This document shows positions 1-13,300 of a stretch of DNA of 64,000 bases, one piece after another (the first letter of the stretch is position 1; the number at the start of each line of letters is the position of its first letter). Below the pieces are notes generated by a model. It was not told the DNA's origin and did no database searches. It saw nothing but the letters and a program-made list of their open reading frames with translations. Position numbers and translations under genes: made by a program. This DNA comes from Rhizophagus irregularis. Lineage: Eukaryota. Location of the stretch: positions 3,906,001-3,970,000 of the forward strand of contig NC_089432.1 of the NCBI RefSeq assembly GCF_026210795.1, given 5' to 3'.

Positions 1-654
1 GATTATTTAAACCCGTTATAAATTGAGGAAAAAAAAAAAAAAGAAAATTTCTTTCTTGCGGTTTACGGTCAACAGGTTTTTTCCTTGTAAATTATACGGT
101 TCTGGACCATTTTAAATATAAAGAATTAAATTTCCCCCCTTCTTTCACGATCCTTTTTGTCAACAAAAAAAAAATTTATATAACGTCTCTCCTATAAATT
201 ATTGGAAAAAAAAATTTTTTTTTGGTTTTTTTTTTGTTTGTTTTTTTTTTTGTGAAGATCTAAGATTTATCATCTATTTTTTTTTTAAGATGATGATTTG
301 TTAACCTTCATATATCTCCATAAGGAAGTATGATGTATAGAGATTTGGTGAAAAAAGGTATGAAAAATGTGAAAGATTTCTTTTTCACTGTCATCTCCTT
401 CTGATCATATCGAAGCCACCTTTTTTTTTTTCATGGGAAAAAATTCGTATTGATTCGCAATCCCCCCTTTTTTCTCTTTCAAAAAAAAAAAAATAAACAA
501 ATCGTCATATTTTAGAATTTGGGAAGTTTGAAGAAAAAAAAATAAAGCTATAGTAAAAACTCAACATTTGATGATTCATTTCTTCCTTACGTCCCGTTTA
601 GATTTTATCACACCTTACAAAACCCACTGAAACTAGAAACAAAAAACTTACATC

Positions 655-1628
655 ATGCCCGCAAAACTTTCGACCGTCTGCTACGTTCATGAGTGTACTG
701 AACGTCTTACTCAGGAGTATACCGTAAAGGAGGTTATGGTGGTAGTAAGATTAGACGATGTTGACCCGACGAAGGTGGTCTATCTTAAAGTAAAAATCTT
801 CATACCCTCTGACCAGAACATACCGACACAGATTGAGGATTTTGAGAAAGGTGACGTGGTGTTCCTGAGAGGCAAATTCGTGGCCTGTGCCGGATGGTAC
901 AGCGTAAGTATCCGTATGTTTTTTTAGTAACTCGTAGTTTTCCCATCCCTTCACTGATTTTATATCTTGACTACCCTAAGATAAACGCCACTTCCCTGAA
1001 GGTTATGGATAACCTGGACTTTGATACAATGCCCAGCATTGGTCTGGACATCATGATCATTGGGATTACGACGAAAACGGTTCAGAATGTCGACGGTAAA
1101 TCTGTCTTAGACTTTTACGTGGAGGAGAACCTCAGTGATTGTGAACCCCGTGATTTTTGGGTTGAAGTCAGTCATGACCCTAATGTAAGGTACCTTTCGA
1201 ACAAGACCAACTCGATCAATCAATCGATGCGTTCTACTACGGCGATAATTATGGGCACGATCGTTTATCAAGCGCCCGTTATCAATGAGGTCACTCAAGA
1301 AGAATCATCCCCCGGTAAACATGTCATTAACCTTGAAGACATCTCGTTGATCTCCACGAATCGCAACAGCGCCAATGCCGCGCAATCGTTGAACCTCCCA
1401 TGGTTGAACGCCCAAGCTAATGGAAGACACGGTAGTAGATCGAACCGAAGTCCCAGGGGTGCAACTCCCAGAACCTCACGTAGAGGACGAACTACTCTGT
1501 CCCAGATGAATCAACCGGCCAGAAATCAGAATATTTCGGCCGCCTTGGAGGCGAACCCAATACTGACCATGGCTGATTCTACAAGTTCCACCAGTCATAA
1601 CCCCATTTCTGAAGAGCAAGCCGATTAA
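655..1628 (+). CDS. Spliced two-exon gene (655-903, 981-1628; ~298 aa). Probable tandem OB-fold ssDNA-binding (RPA-like) accessory protein of the Helitron
   Basis: Donor GTAAGT at 904 and acceptor ctaag ending at 980 join ORF 655 in frame to ORF 894-1628. Beta-strand pattern (FEKGDVVFLRGKF, IMIIGIT) plus a basic disordered tail. Lies directly upstream of RepHel. The OB-fold call is by pattern only. Confidence 0.55.
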
Positions 1629-2250
1629 TCATATCTAAACCTGACAAAACCTATCATCTTCAGTTCTATTTTCTTTTACTTTATTTTCTCCGTGTAAAAA
1701 AAAAAAAATCAATAAAATTACATGTTTCATACCATGATTTTGATAAGATATCCTCTCGTTATAATGTATTTACGGGATCAACTCTCTTATTCTTGTAATT
1801 TTTTCTACGTTAGTCTCATCTTCACCTCGATGATCCCATAGATCGTTTTCCTTTACCTCTCACATCGTGACTTTAGTTCACAACTTATTAAATGACAAAT
1901 GATAAATTATAATGTACCTCCGAAAAAATAAAAACTATATCATTTAAAATTGTAAAATATGAAAAAAAAGAGTATGTCATCATAATAAATTAAAAAGCAC
2001 AAGAAAAAATCGAAAAATTGAATCTCCTTAATTAACATGACCAGTTACTCTCTTTCATTTATCTTTCAAACCCGTTTTATTTGTTTGTATTTTTTTCATT
2101 TTTTGATCTTTTTTTTTATGATAAATTTTTCGTTAATATTATAAAATAAATTATGTTATAAATATGCGCTCGATTCTTTGAAAAAAAAAGAGTGTAAAAA
2201 TAAAAATTTTCGATACCGATATTAATAAGAGACGAGAAAAAGACTGAATC

Positions 2251-5200
2251 ATGACCCATCTGATCCACACCGTATACATTTTCAACAATGAATACGAGAC
2301 TTTGCTAGATTTGTCATTGGCTGATGACGATCTTACCCTTATATCTCATGCAGATGAGACTGATAATCTTCATAGCCACCTATCTCAATCTTCATATTGG
2401 AGACCTTCGTCAAATTTGAAGAGGTTATACGACAGATTCCAAAACACCACTCTATCTTAATGGCCACGAATACCTTATGTCTATTGCAGGAGAGTTCTTT
2501 ACCCCAAGAAGGCGTGCTGGACATTTTACGACTCGTCAGTTACTTACCCTTTACAACAAAATGTACCTGGCATTTCGTTGTCTTTCAACCCAAATGTTAA
2601 CTGCATTCCCAATTTAAGAGTCCCTACCTGTGAATCGTGCAAGAAACCTTCTACTAGGTTCCTGTTCTCCCACCTCTCCCCTTTGCCAGAAGAGATACTT
2701 TCTGTCCTTCCGCACAAAAGAAGGTACCTCTCCCCTGTTTTCCTTTACTGTTCGCTGGGAAGGACCCCTAATAGCAACCCTTATTCGCAATACAAAACTT
2801 TAACCGGTGCTATGAACTACTCATGTAACGTCAGGGCTCACGCCCTATACTCTGGATCCCTGGGAGCTTTTTTGGACTCGAACGAAGGACAACCCACCGG
2901 TAATGGAGCCTCATATGATGAAACTTTACGTCGAGCAGCTGCTTGGTTGGCAGTGAATAATCCTTACCTTCGTCCGTTCACGAACATCTTGACATCAACT
3001 CGTCATACTCATGTTTTAACCGATCCTTTCCCATCGCAAGACACCTCCAAATGGACGTTACCGCACCTTCTGTCAACAGTCGCGATATCGTCGTACCTAA
3101 CTATGATTTTCCCGCTGAAGTTCATGACGAAGATTTTCACTACAGTAGACTGATGGCAGGTTTCATTTAAGAAAGCGATACTTTACGGTTACCCATCTCT
3201 AACCATGATCTGAACCTGGAACCTTTGCTCTTCCTGGACCTGTTCACCGATGGGAAAGGTCACTTCACCGATCTGCCGAACCTAACAAATCCTGCTAATG
3301 AATCTTGTACTGAAACTTACGGTTAATACATTAAGTCACGTTTGATGAACATTGACACCTGTTGGAGGTTATACCACCATTGGCCCTCATAGTCGTACCT
3401 CCAACTAGAAAAGCTACGCCACCACCAAAATATTCAACGTTTGCTGCTCCAGTCTCACTTGAATTTCAACCTTAACAATAACGTGTCTCTCCCAACCGCC
3501 AGAGATCTACTTTCCCCTAGCATGTACTCCTCCCAAAACATCATAGATGAGAGTAAGACGATTTCTATTCCGACCTTTATACGGACGGGAGACACTTATT
3601 TTCATCAGAAGCAGCTTCACCTCAATGCGATGTTGAACAAGCTCGGGTTACCCACCTTATTCATAACCTTAAGTATGGCGGAAAACCGTTAGTTACACCT
3701 TCAGGATATACTTTCCAATAGTGATAATGGTGATACGTTACCCACGAATAGGCCCTTTCACTGCGCGAATTACTTTATCTATCGGTTCCAATCTTTGAGG
3801 AAAGAACTTTATAAGAAACCTGATCTCACAGGTTTTGGCGACATTACTAATTTCTTTGATCAGGTTGAGTTTCAGAACAGAGGTGCTGCCCACACCCATA
3901 GTTGTTACTGGACCGCGAACTCCATCGAGAACATGATCGAGAACGATGTCATCCATTCAACCATCCCCGATCCTCTTTACAAACTTGAACTCTACGCTGC
4001 TGTGTTGTCAAACCAGATACATACATGCAATTCCAGATGTCAAGGTCCGGCTCCTCCAGGTCAATTGTGTAAGAAAGGATTCCCCTGTCCTTATAGCCAG
4101 ACGACTCATTATGTAAAGAATGAATTCCGTTACGTATACAGATATTTGACCGAGGCAGATTCCTGGGTTGTCCCGTACCATCCTGCGATCCTTTTGCTTT
4201 GGGATGCGCATATAAACGTTCAATACATAACAGACAAAGGATTCGCTCGATACATGACGAAGTACATCACGAAAAGAGAACCTTCCCATATTTTTAACAT
4301 CTACGAGAATGATCTCTTGAGGGAACATGTTATTGCGCGGCAACTTAGCTCAATAGAGCTTATGTTTTTGCTTCTGGGTCATGAAATCTGTAATTCCTCT
4401 GCCACTGTGAAGTTCCTCACTACCGATCCTCCTGCCACAAGAACCCGTACTATACTTCCTGTTTACATGATAGATGATGATGACGATAACCCTTACTATG
4501 ATGATACCATCATGAAGTACATGTCCCAGCCTCATCTTTCTCAATTTGATGATCTCACCTATTTTCAATACTTTGAGAGATACTCGATCATACCTTCCCC
4601 TCCTGCAACATCTCGTCCTGTATATCGTGATGAATTGAATAATTATGTTGTCAAGCGAACGAAAGAGTTAATCACCAGGCATCGATTTCTTAAGATAGAA
4701 GATGGAGAGTTATACTTCTACCAGCAATTACTATTGAACGTCCCAGCGAGAAGCGAATCTGAACTCAAATCATCTCCTGATACGACTTACCGTAAAACAT
4801 TTTTACAACTTTTCCCTAACTTTTTAACAAACTTGCAGAATCAAACTATGAACACGCATCATTCACGTTTGTCACGTCTGGACAATTGCTTCGCTGAAAT
4901 GTTAAGCAGGTTGCTGGAATCATTAAGTATCCATCTTACCACTGACCTCACACAGATTGTACACGCTCAATTGACCGACTTGAAGCTCCTTCCTCATATT
5001 TATCCGAAAACTGCTATGCTTGAGCTTCCTCAGGATCAATATCGAGTTCTCTCTGCTATCAGCATGTACCTGGGTAGAAATGATGGTGTCAGGTGGCCTT
5101 TCTTTTTTATAACCGGTTCAGCTGGAACTGGGAAATCATACGTTATAAACATGATAACCAGGATGCTTACTCAATCGTCCCATTCTTTTATCCTCTTGGC

Positions 5201-6344
5201 TCCTACCGGTGTGGCAGCCCAGAATGTAGGTGGGTTCACCATACATTCGGCCCTCCACATAATCTCTGCACGCGGAAGTTTCTTCACCCGTGCCTACGTG
5301 GACAATGAATTAAGAGTATCCTTGAAACGGATAACCACCATCATTATCGAGAAAATATCTATGGTCTCCGCTGACCTGCTGGATTTTATCTCTAATATGT
5401 TCACGAATTTACATAATAACGATCTTGCTTTTGGTGGCATAAATGTTATTGTTGTGGGCGATCTGGCACAACTCCCTTCCATCAATAATCACCTCGTATT
5501 TCGTGCTGCAGTCTGGCCTTTTTTTTACCCGTTATTTTTGTCAACTCTCCACCGTCAGCATAATGATTCAGAATTGTATTCTATGTTGGAGGAGATTCGG
5601 ATGGACAACATGTCACCTGAAACTTGGGCTAAACTGCAACAACGTAACTCGGAATTTCTGGTTCACGCCTCGGCAGGTCCTCTACTCAACACCACCCACA
5701 TTGTAGGCTTTAGGGAGAACGCTCAGCATATCAATAGAATGATATGCAATCTTCTACCTGTTCCTGACAACAAATTCTTGATCTCTCAGGCTGTAGATGT
5801 TGTAAACTCTGTCCAATGGGACCCTTCCTCTTCAGAATTTATGTTCAAACCCAAGACGAACCTCCCCCTTTCTGTTCGTCTTCAGCCAGGTGCTCGCGTC
5901 ATGTATCTAAACAATTCTCTTATTTCCCACGGCATTTGCAATGGTACAATAGGCGTGGTCACTGATGTCAACCCTTTAGAAGACTACGCTAGGATCGCCT
6001 TTTCTATCAGGGGCTCCTTGGTTGACATTGATATTTATAAGCATACCCACTATTTTAACATCAATGGAAGTAATTGCAGTCGCTCCCAATTCCCTCTCCA
6101 GAATTCTTTCACCCTGACCGTGCATAAAACCCAAGGCTTGACCTTACCCAGGGTTTGTCTAGTACTCGATGGAAACATCTTCTCTCCTGGTCAGGCATAT
6201 GTCGCTCTCAGCAGGTGCTCTTCCTGGAACAATATTGAGATATCTCACCTCAATAGATCGGCTTTTATGGTTGATCGTGATGTCATCTTGGAGTATCAGA
6301 GGTTGACTCATATCGCTAATACAAGTCCTCATCTCTTTTCATGA
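2251..6344 (+). pseudogene. Helitron Rep (HUH endonuclease)-PIF1 helicase; N-terminal part broken by stops and frameshifts
   Basis: Rep motifs PTLFITLS, VEFQNRGAAHTH and YMTKYITK. PIF1 motifs TGSAGTGKS, LAPTGVAA, FGGINVIVVGDLAQLP, TVHKTQGLTL and GQAYVALSR. N-terminal WLAVNNPY motif. Confidence 0.92.
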
Positions 6345-6870
6345 TTCTTTATTCTTGTGTCTATCATCCTTACCTTTGGACCTATATGAATAAGATGTTA
6401 CCCCAATTTTAGAAATAATCGGTTGTTTTCTTTTAACTCATTACTTTTCATCATTGATTTATTCATTAATAAAAAAAAATTTACTCTGTTTCTTATATGC
6501 TAACATTTAATTTATTTGATTTATTTAATAACCTTACATTTGCTGATCGTGTTTGCAAATGTTACATGTTTATCTTGTGATCTGCGTTATACACCTATCT
6601 ATAACTAAGTAATCTAAGTAAACTAAGTCCTGCTTCTGCTGTGTCACCTCCTCCGTGTCCTATGTAACCGTGGGTACTGGGAAAAAAATACTGGCTAGTT
6701 ATAAGATTAATTTATTTCGCACTTTTGTTCAGTAATTAATGTTACGTAATTAATATGTCAATATTTAGCAGACAATTGGTATAAATTATAAAATCTAACG
6801 TCATAAAATTGATAATCTTTTTTTTATTTTATACGTTTATTTTTTAAAAAAAGATTAATAGTATAATAAT

Positions 6871-8791
6871 ATGCCACCTAAAAGAAAAGCTGTACAATTA
6901 ACATTAATAGAACGGTCAGAACCAGTTCCCAGAAGTAAAGGTGAACGCCCACAAGATCCTGTTTGGACACATTTTATTCAGACTCCTTTAGCAACAGCTG
7001 GTCATTTTGCAGCTGAGTGTCTTTATTGTGGAAAAAAATGGCCAAAAGGATGACCACAAGACCTTCAGGTTCATCTTGCTAAAGATTGTCTTAATGTTAA
7101 TGATGAAATAAGAAGGGTTTTTATTGAAATATTTTGCGTTTATGTGATGACGATGATGATATCATAGATGATGAAAGTAACAAACATCAGAAACTTGATC
7201 AGCTTAACATTACCGATTTTTGGAATAATGAACATAACAAAGCATTATCAAAACCAAGACAAGACTCGATGGATCAATCTTTAATTAAAATGTTTGTATG
7301 CTGCGGTATTCCCTTTAGTGTTGTTGAACATCCATTTTTCATAGAGATGTTTAAGAAAGCTTGTCCCGGTTATACTTTACCTTCCTGTGATAAACTGTCA
7401 GGAATAATGCTTTCACATTTGGCAGTCAAAATTGAAGACAAAATCAATACTATATTTAAAAATACAACAAATTTAACGTTAAGTAACATTAAATACATTA
7501 TATTAATTATATTAATAATTTTTTTTCTATATTTAGTGGATTTATCAATTTATAAATAATATTACTTATTTACTTTCATTCCTGTTATAGGTTTGGATGG
7601 CTGGATGAACCCTGCAGGCCATTCTATTTATAATTTTATAATAATGACATATAATCGTTGAGAATTTCTCTATCAACTTCGAGATCTTTCAATTGTAAAG
7701 TATACAGCTCAACTTATAGCTGAAGAAATTGAAAAAGTACTTAAAGATATTGGACCTAACAAGTTTGTAGCCATCATTACGGATAATGTGGCTAATTGTG
7801 CTACAGCTTGAAATATTATTAGTGAAAAATATCCTTTTATATTTAATACCCGTTGTGTTGCATATTGTGTAAATTTAATTACTAAAGATATACTAGGTAT
7901 TATTTATTTAAAAGTAATACGCCCAAATATGCATTATGATGATCGTAAATTCAATTTTTTTTTTTACATTTAAATAGATTACAATTTTTCAAAACGGATT
8001 TTAACTGCAAGTAATGAAATAGTGAAATTTTTCAAAAAATCGCATCAAGGAAAGGCTTTATTAGAAAATACACTAAAGATCTTAAAATTAAAGGCGGAGG
8101 ATTAAAGTCTTGGGTTGAGACACAATGGACGACAATGTTTGAATCTGCAGACTCTATTTGGCGTCTAAAATTAGCACTAGAAAAAGTACCGCACTATTGT
8201 AAAATTTAAAAATTATTTTTATTAAATTATTAATTTTTTTAACATAATAATAATTTAATAGGTTGCAAATGAAAACAGTAATATTATTACCAGCAAGAGT
8301 GTATTGAAAAGCATTAATGCTCGAGGTTTCTTCCACGATGTTAACTTATTATTAAAAGTGTTAGACCCATTAAAGAAGACAGTTTTGTCTGTTGCAATTA
8401 TGCAGATTGTTTTATTGCTTTGATTCGTCTAGCAAATGCTATTGAACAAATTCCAGTTGAACGAGGTTTAGTTGGCTTTCGAAATCACGCAATAGATTCT
8501 ATTAATAGGCATTGGGAATCTTTTGATAATATGCCATTTATATTAACTTATTTTCTTCATCCTGGTTATCGGGGTAAGTTAATTTAATAGTTTAGAAAAG
8601 TTTTTTTTTTGGTCATTAACTTATGGTTTGTCTATTTAATTTAGGTGAGGAATTAAAACAAGGCATGTGGACAAAAATTTCGGCTTATGCACAAGACATC
8701 TGGAAGAATATGGGATATGACATTAATGATCAAGAAATCCTAATTGCTCAAATGTTAAATTTCAAAGATAAATAAGGTACTTACGCAGTAC
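6871..8791 (+). pseudogene. hAT-family transposase with BED zinc finger, intron-containing, truncated
   Basis: DPVWTHF..CLYC BED finger; GIPFSVVEHPFF; DGW after an intron (~7596); IITDN; RCVAYCVNL; FLHPGYRG; multiple premature stops. Confidence 0.85.
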
Positions 8792-10050
8792 TAAGGATGG
8801 GTCTGCAAATGATTTTCAAATTCCGCAATATTGCGGATTTTGGAGTTGAATTGCGGTTAGTAGCCCGCAATTCCGCAATTCTAATTGCTGCCCATAACTG
8901 TAGTTTTGTATATTTATAAAAATGCCGGAACTATGGGTTCCAGCGTTTTCTTTTATTTTTTTTACATAAAAACGCCGGTACTATGGTCCCGGCATTTTCT
9001 TTTATTTTTTTTTACATAAAAACGCTGGTACTATAGTTCTGGCGTTTTCTTTTGATTTTTTTTGCATAAAAATGCCGGTACTATGGTCCCGGCATTGTCT
9101 TTAGAATTTTTTTGCATAAAAACGCCAGTACTATGATACCGGCATTTTCTTTTATTTTTTTTTTACATAAAAAATGCCGGAACTATAGGTTCCGGCGTTT
9201 TCTTTTATTTTTTTTTACATAAAAATGCCAGTACTATGGTCCCGGCATTTTCTTTTGATTTTTTTTTACATAAAAATGCCGGAACTATAGTTCCGGCATT
9301 TTCTTTTATTTTAACTATGGGTTCCGGTATTTTCTTTTATTTTTTTTACATAAAAACACCAGAACTATGGGTTCCGGCATTTTCTTTTATTTTTTTTACA
9401 TAAAAATGCCGGAACTATGGGTTTCGGCGTTTTCTTTTTTTTTTTTTACATAAAAACGCTGGTACTATAGTTCTGGCATTTTCTTTTGATTTTTTTTACA
9501 TAAAAACGCTGGTACTATGGTTCTGGCGTTTTCTTTTAATTTTTTTATGTAAAAACGCCGAAACTATTATTTCAGGCATTTTTTTTTATTTTTTTTTTAT
9601 TGAAATTGCCAGAACTATTAGTTCCAGCATTTTTTTTTTGCAGTTGTAATAAGAGAAAATGCCGTTTCTGGCAGTTTTTCCAATTACCAATCCATCTTTT
9701 TCTAAAAAATAAAATCATTTTTATTTAAATTTTGTTAATGAAAAATGATTTTTTTTTTATGATTAATAATAAGAGAAAATATATTTTTTAGTAGTTAAAT
9801 TAAAAAATTATATAAATTATATTTCATTAAAAAAAAAATAAGTTTTTTTTGTGAACATTCCTCAAATCCGCAAATATTCTGCAATTGAATTGTGGTACTT
9901 TGGATATTTGCAGATTTGTGGAATATTTGCGGGATTGCGGACAATTGCAGATTTGCAGATCTGCAGATTTTAGATTTAAAAATCCGCAATGTTCTGCAAT
10001 ACCGTAAATCGCAATTATTCCACAATTACATATTTGCGGCACTATCCTTA
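8792..10050. mobile_element. Non-autonomous hAT-type element (MITE, 1259 bp)
   Basis: Imperfect TIRs taaggatgggtctgcaaat / atttgcggcactatcctta. Exact 8-bp TSD cgcagtac at 8784-8791 and 10051-10058. Subterminal ttgcgg/ccgcaa repeats. Confidence 0.88.
8918..9640. repeat. Tandem array of ~55-60-bp units, each with a GC hairpin (gccgg-actat-ccggc) and a T/A tract
   Basis: Repeated aaaa(c/t)gccggtactatggt(t)ccggc(a/g)ttttcttttattttttttacat; roughly a dozen diverged copies. Confidence 0.9.
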
Positions 10051-10329
10051 CGCAGTACACTGGTTAAAAACTAGGCAAACATGGCATAGTAGCCTTCATC
10101 TTTATTAATAATTATTCAAACTTTTACAATTTACAAACATAAAAAGAAAAATATAAAAATAAAACTAACTAAAAACAAAACTATATAGTCTCCTAAGAAA
10201 AAATTAAGTAAAAAATTAATCTAAAAAAGAAAAATCGCATTACACTAAATTTCCCTAGATCTTCCCCCTTGATATATTCCAACCAAAGTAGAAGCAACTA
10301 TGCTAATGAAATAACGAATAGCGCGCCCA

Positions 10330-13300
10330 CTATAAAAATCGACACTCCATCCTGCAAAAGCTGTTATTAAGTAGCACCGTTAGACGACCCATAAAACCCG
10401 AAAAGTGATTAAACCAAGGCAAACCATATTTCATCGAGTTTTTCAACCAATCGGTCCTGGAGTCACGTGAATCGTGTAGGGTTGGAGGTGGTAAAGATGA
10501 GTAGAGTATGTACTTGGACAATGGCAAATTAGAAGGCTTCAGAGTAGTTTTCAACTTATAGGTAATGTTCATCGCGTTTTCCCATCTACATTTTTCATAA
10601 GAACGCAGATTCCAAATTCGTCTTCTGAATTTTTGGACAAAATTATTATGAATAGCAGCGATAACCTTTATCGCAGAAATTCTCAGAATGGATAAATCGA
10701 CAAATAAGTCAATAAAGAGTTTGGGTAAGCAACCACGGACCAGGGCATAAGAGGACCAATTTGTAGAAGAAAAGGACCAGCATGAAAGAGAAGTGAGTTT
10801 AGCAATAAATAGAGTAGAATCAATGTCAGCCAATATACCGGCTTCTAAAATTTTGGAAATCAAATGTTTTTGATAAGATTGTAAAATTCGTTGCATAGGC
10901 GGACGACGATTTTTGCACATAAAAAGGTGCATCAAGTCTTCCATGCGGTCAATACAAGAACGGCAAGTTAATTCGTCCATATATAAATCTGGTCGAGTCT
11001 GTTTAAGCTTTTCCAATGTAGGTAAGTCATCCAAAAAAAGTTTGAACTTAAAGGTTTGGTGCCTTGAAGCATGTTCATAAGTGAAGAATGCATCGTGAGA
11101 AGACTTGAAATTTAAAGTGAACCAAGTAAGTTCCCAGTCAACCACATAATCTATATTAGGTGATAGTAAAGAAATAAAATGAAACCGCATTAAATTTAAT
11201 AAATCACGCATTAACTGCATTTGATAATATTGTTTGAGGAGATGTCGTGGATTAAATTCACAAACAACATCATTGTCATAAATTAAGACAAAATCATGAG
11301 CAGAGGCAAGGTCCATTCCAGAAATCAAAATACTGGATGACGCAATATGAGCAGTATTGGCCAAGGAATTAGCAAAATCGTTTAAATAGTTGCCAGAGTG
11401 AGCTTTAATTTTAATAGGGGAGACCGACAAGTTTTTGGAAAGGATGGTTCGCTTAATGATAGCCCAAAGTTCAAAATTTGTAGTTTTGTAATACAAACGA
11501 CTATTTGAGTAAACAGAGGAAGAGCAGTTTCGAAGACCATCAATGGCTGTAGTGCTCCGCACGAGCCAGTCCAGCTCGAGCCGGCTCGCGAGCTAGGTAT
11601 ATCGAGCCGAGCTGAGCCGCGGCTCGTAATAAATTTGGCTCGGCTCATTCGAGCGAGCTTTGTCTGGCTAGGTTCGAGCTGGCTCGCGAGTTATGAGCTG
11701 GCTCGCGAGCTCCAGAACTTTTTTTCTTTATTATTGCCGGCGTCACGTGATTTTTAATTTTGGCCGGAATTAAGTGATCGACATGGAAATTTCCTTTTTT
11801 GGAATCCTGTGCAACGCATTTCCCCATTTTTGATAAGAAATAAAATTGCCTTTTTTGGGTTGTGTAACGTTACTCAGGTATTCAAAAAAGGAAATTTCCA
11901 TGTCGATTACTTAATTCCGGCCAAAATTAAAAAAAATCACGAGAAATATGCAGAATTTGATAAAAGCTCGGCTCGAGGTTGGCATTCGACACGAGCCAAG
12001 CTCGAAAATTCTAATCGAGCCGATTCCGGCTCGAATTTTGGCTCAGCTCGGCTCGAGCCGGCTCGTGCGGAGCTTTAAATACCTGTTTGCGAGTCAGTAT
12101 AAATAATAACTTCTGAGTCGCGGGAAGAAATAGTTAAAACTGCATAAATAGCAGCAGCTTCAGCTCGAGAAGAAGAAGGATTATCTCGAATGAGACCATG
12201 AGCATAAGTGGCGATTGAATTAGGAAAGCCTGCATCAGGAATGATTTGCATCCAGGACCAGCCTATAGAAACTTCAGGAGTGCCTAAATTAATAAGAAAC
12301 ACATCAGTGAAGAAAATATAACGCGAATCTGGAGAAACAACCAACGGGAAGTTTGCAAAAACAGCAGCAGCCGAGGATTCAATAGTGACAGGAGTAACAG
12401 GAGCTACAACGGTATCGATAGAAGCGGAATCAAAATCAAATTCCAATCTACTGTAATAAAGACGGACACTGTCTTCTATATCAGCCCAAGTAAAGGGGAA
12501 GTCACTTCAGAAGTATTACGTCTAATCTGCTCATTAGTAGTGGCAGAATAAGTGAATGTTGTAATGAGACCGTGGGTGTACAAAGGGTTAAATCAGCATT
12601 CCGTTTTTTGGAAGAAGGTAAAGGAATATGAACAGCGCAGCCAGGCAAGGAGAAAGTCTAATGAGATCACCAGGCGAAGATTCACAATCAGGAGAAACCT
12701 AATGGACAATAGAACAAGTACCACGACTTGCTTGGACCAAAAGTTGTTTGCCAAAGATGGAAGAACCAAGATCATCCAATGTGACAATCCAATTTTTAGT
12801 AGTGGGCGGAGAGGAAAGACAAGGTTCCAATTCATAAAAGGAAGAATCAATCGTAGGCATAGTAATAAATTTCTCTAGCAAACGATTATTGGAGTCAGGA
12901 ATAGTAGTAGCTTGTTGGATATCTTTGTACCAATAAGGGATACGGTCAGGGCCACGTTGTCCAACCAAATTGTCATAGTAAGCCTTCCAGGCAATTAAAT
13001 GAGTACCTTGAGGAGTAATAAGCTGAGATAAATAAAACAGCTTTCGTTTACGCAGGATGGGAAAATAGGCTTTGAAGGCTTTAGGCGTCATGCATTCAAA
13101 TAAAGGAACACGTCCATCTATCAAGGATAAGTTCAGAAGCTTCGAAAGTTCAGTATGAAGCAAACGAAAGGGAGTAGAAGCTAAGAGAGCAATAGTGCAT
13201 GCAATATAATCTTTCTTAAAAGAAAAAAGAGAAGATCATATAGACCAATCCTTAATTAAAAGAGGAGAAATAGGAATCAAAAAATTATATTGAATCAAAC

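Larger units (their letters stand above)
655..6698 (+). mobile_element. Helitron (rolling-circle transposon), decayed; 5' end not identified
   Basis: RepHel gene plus upstream accessory gene. Candidate 3' end CTAG at 6695-6698 followed by T, after a short GC-richer patch (weak hairpin). Confidence 0.65.

Noticed and set aside
8918..9640. CRISPR-like array of palindromic repeats
   Set aside because: Units are contiguous with no unique spacers, there are no cas genes, and the array lies inside a TIR/TSD-bounded MITE in eukaryotic DNA.
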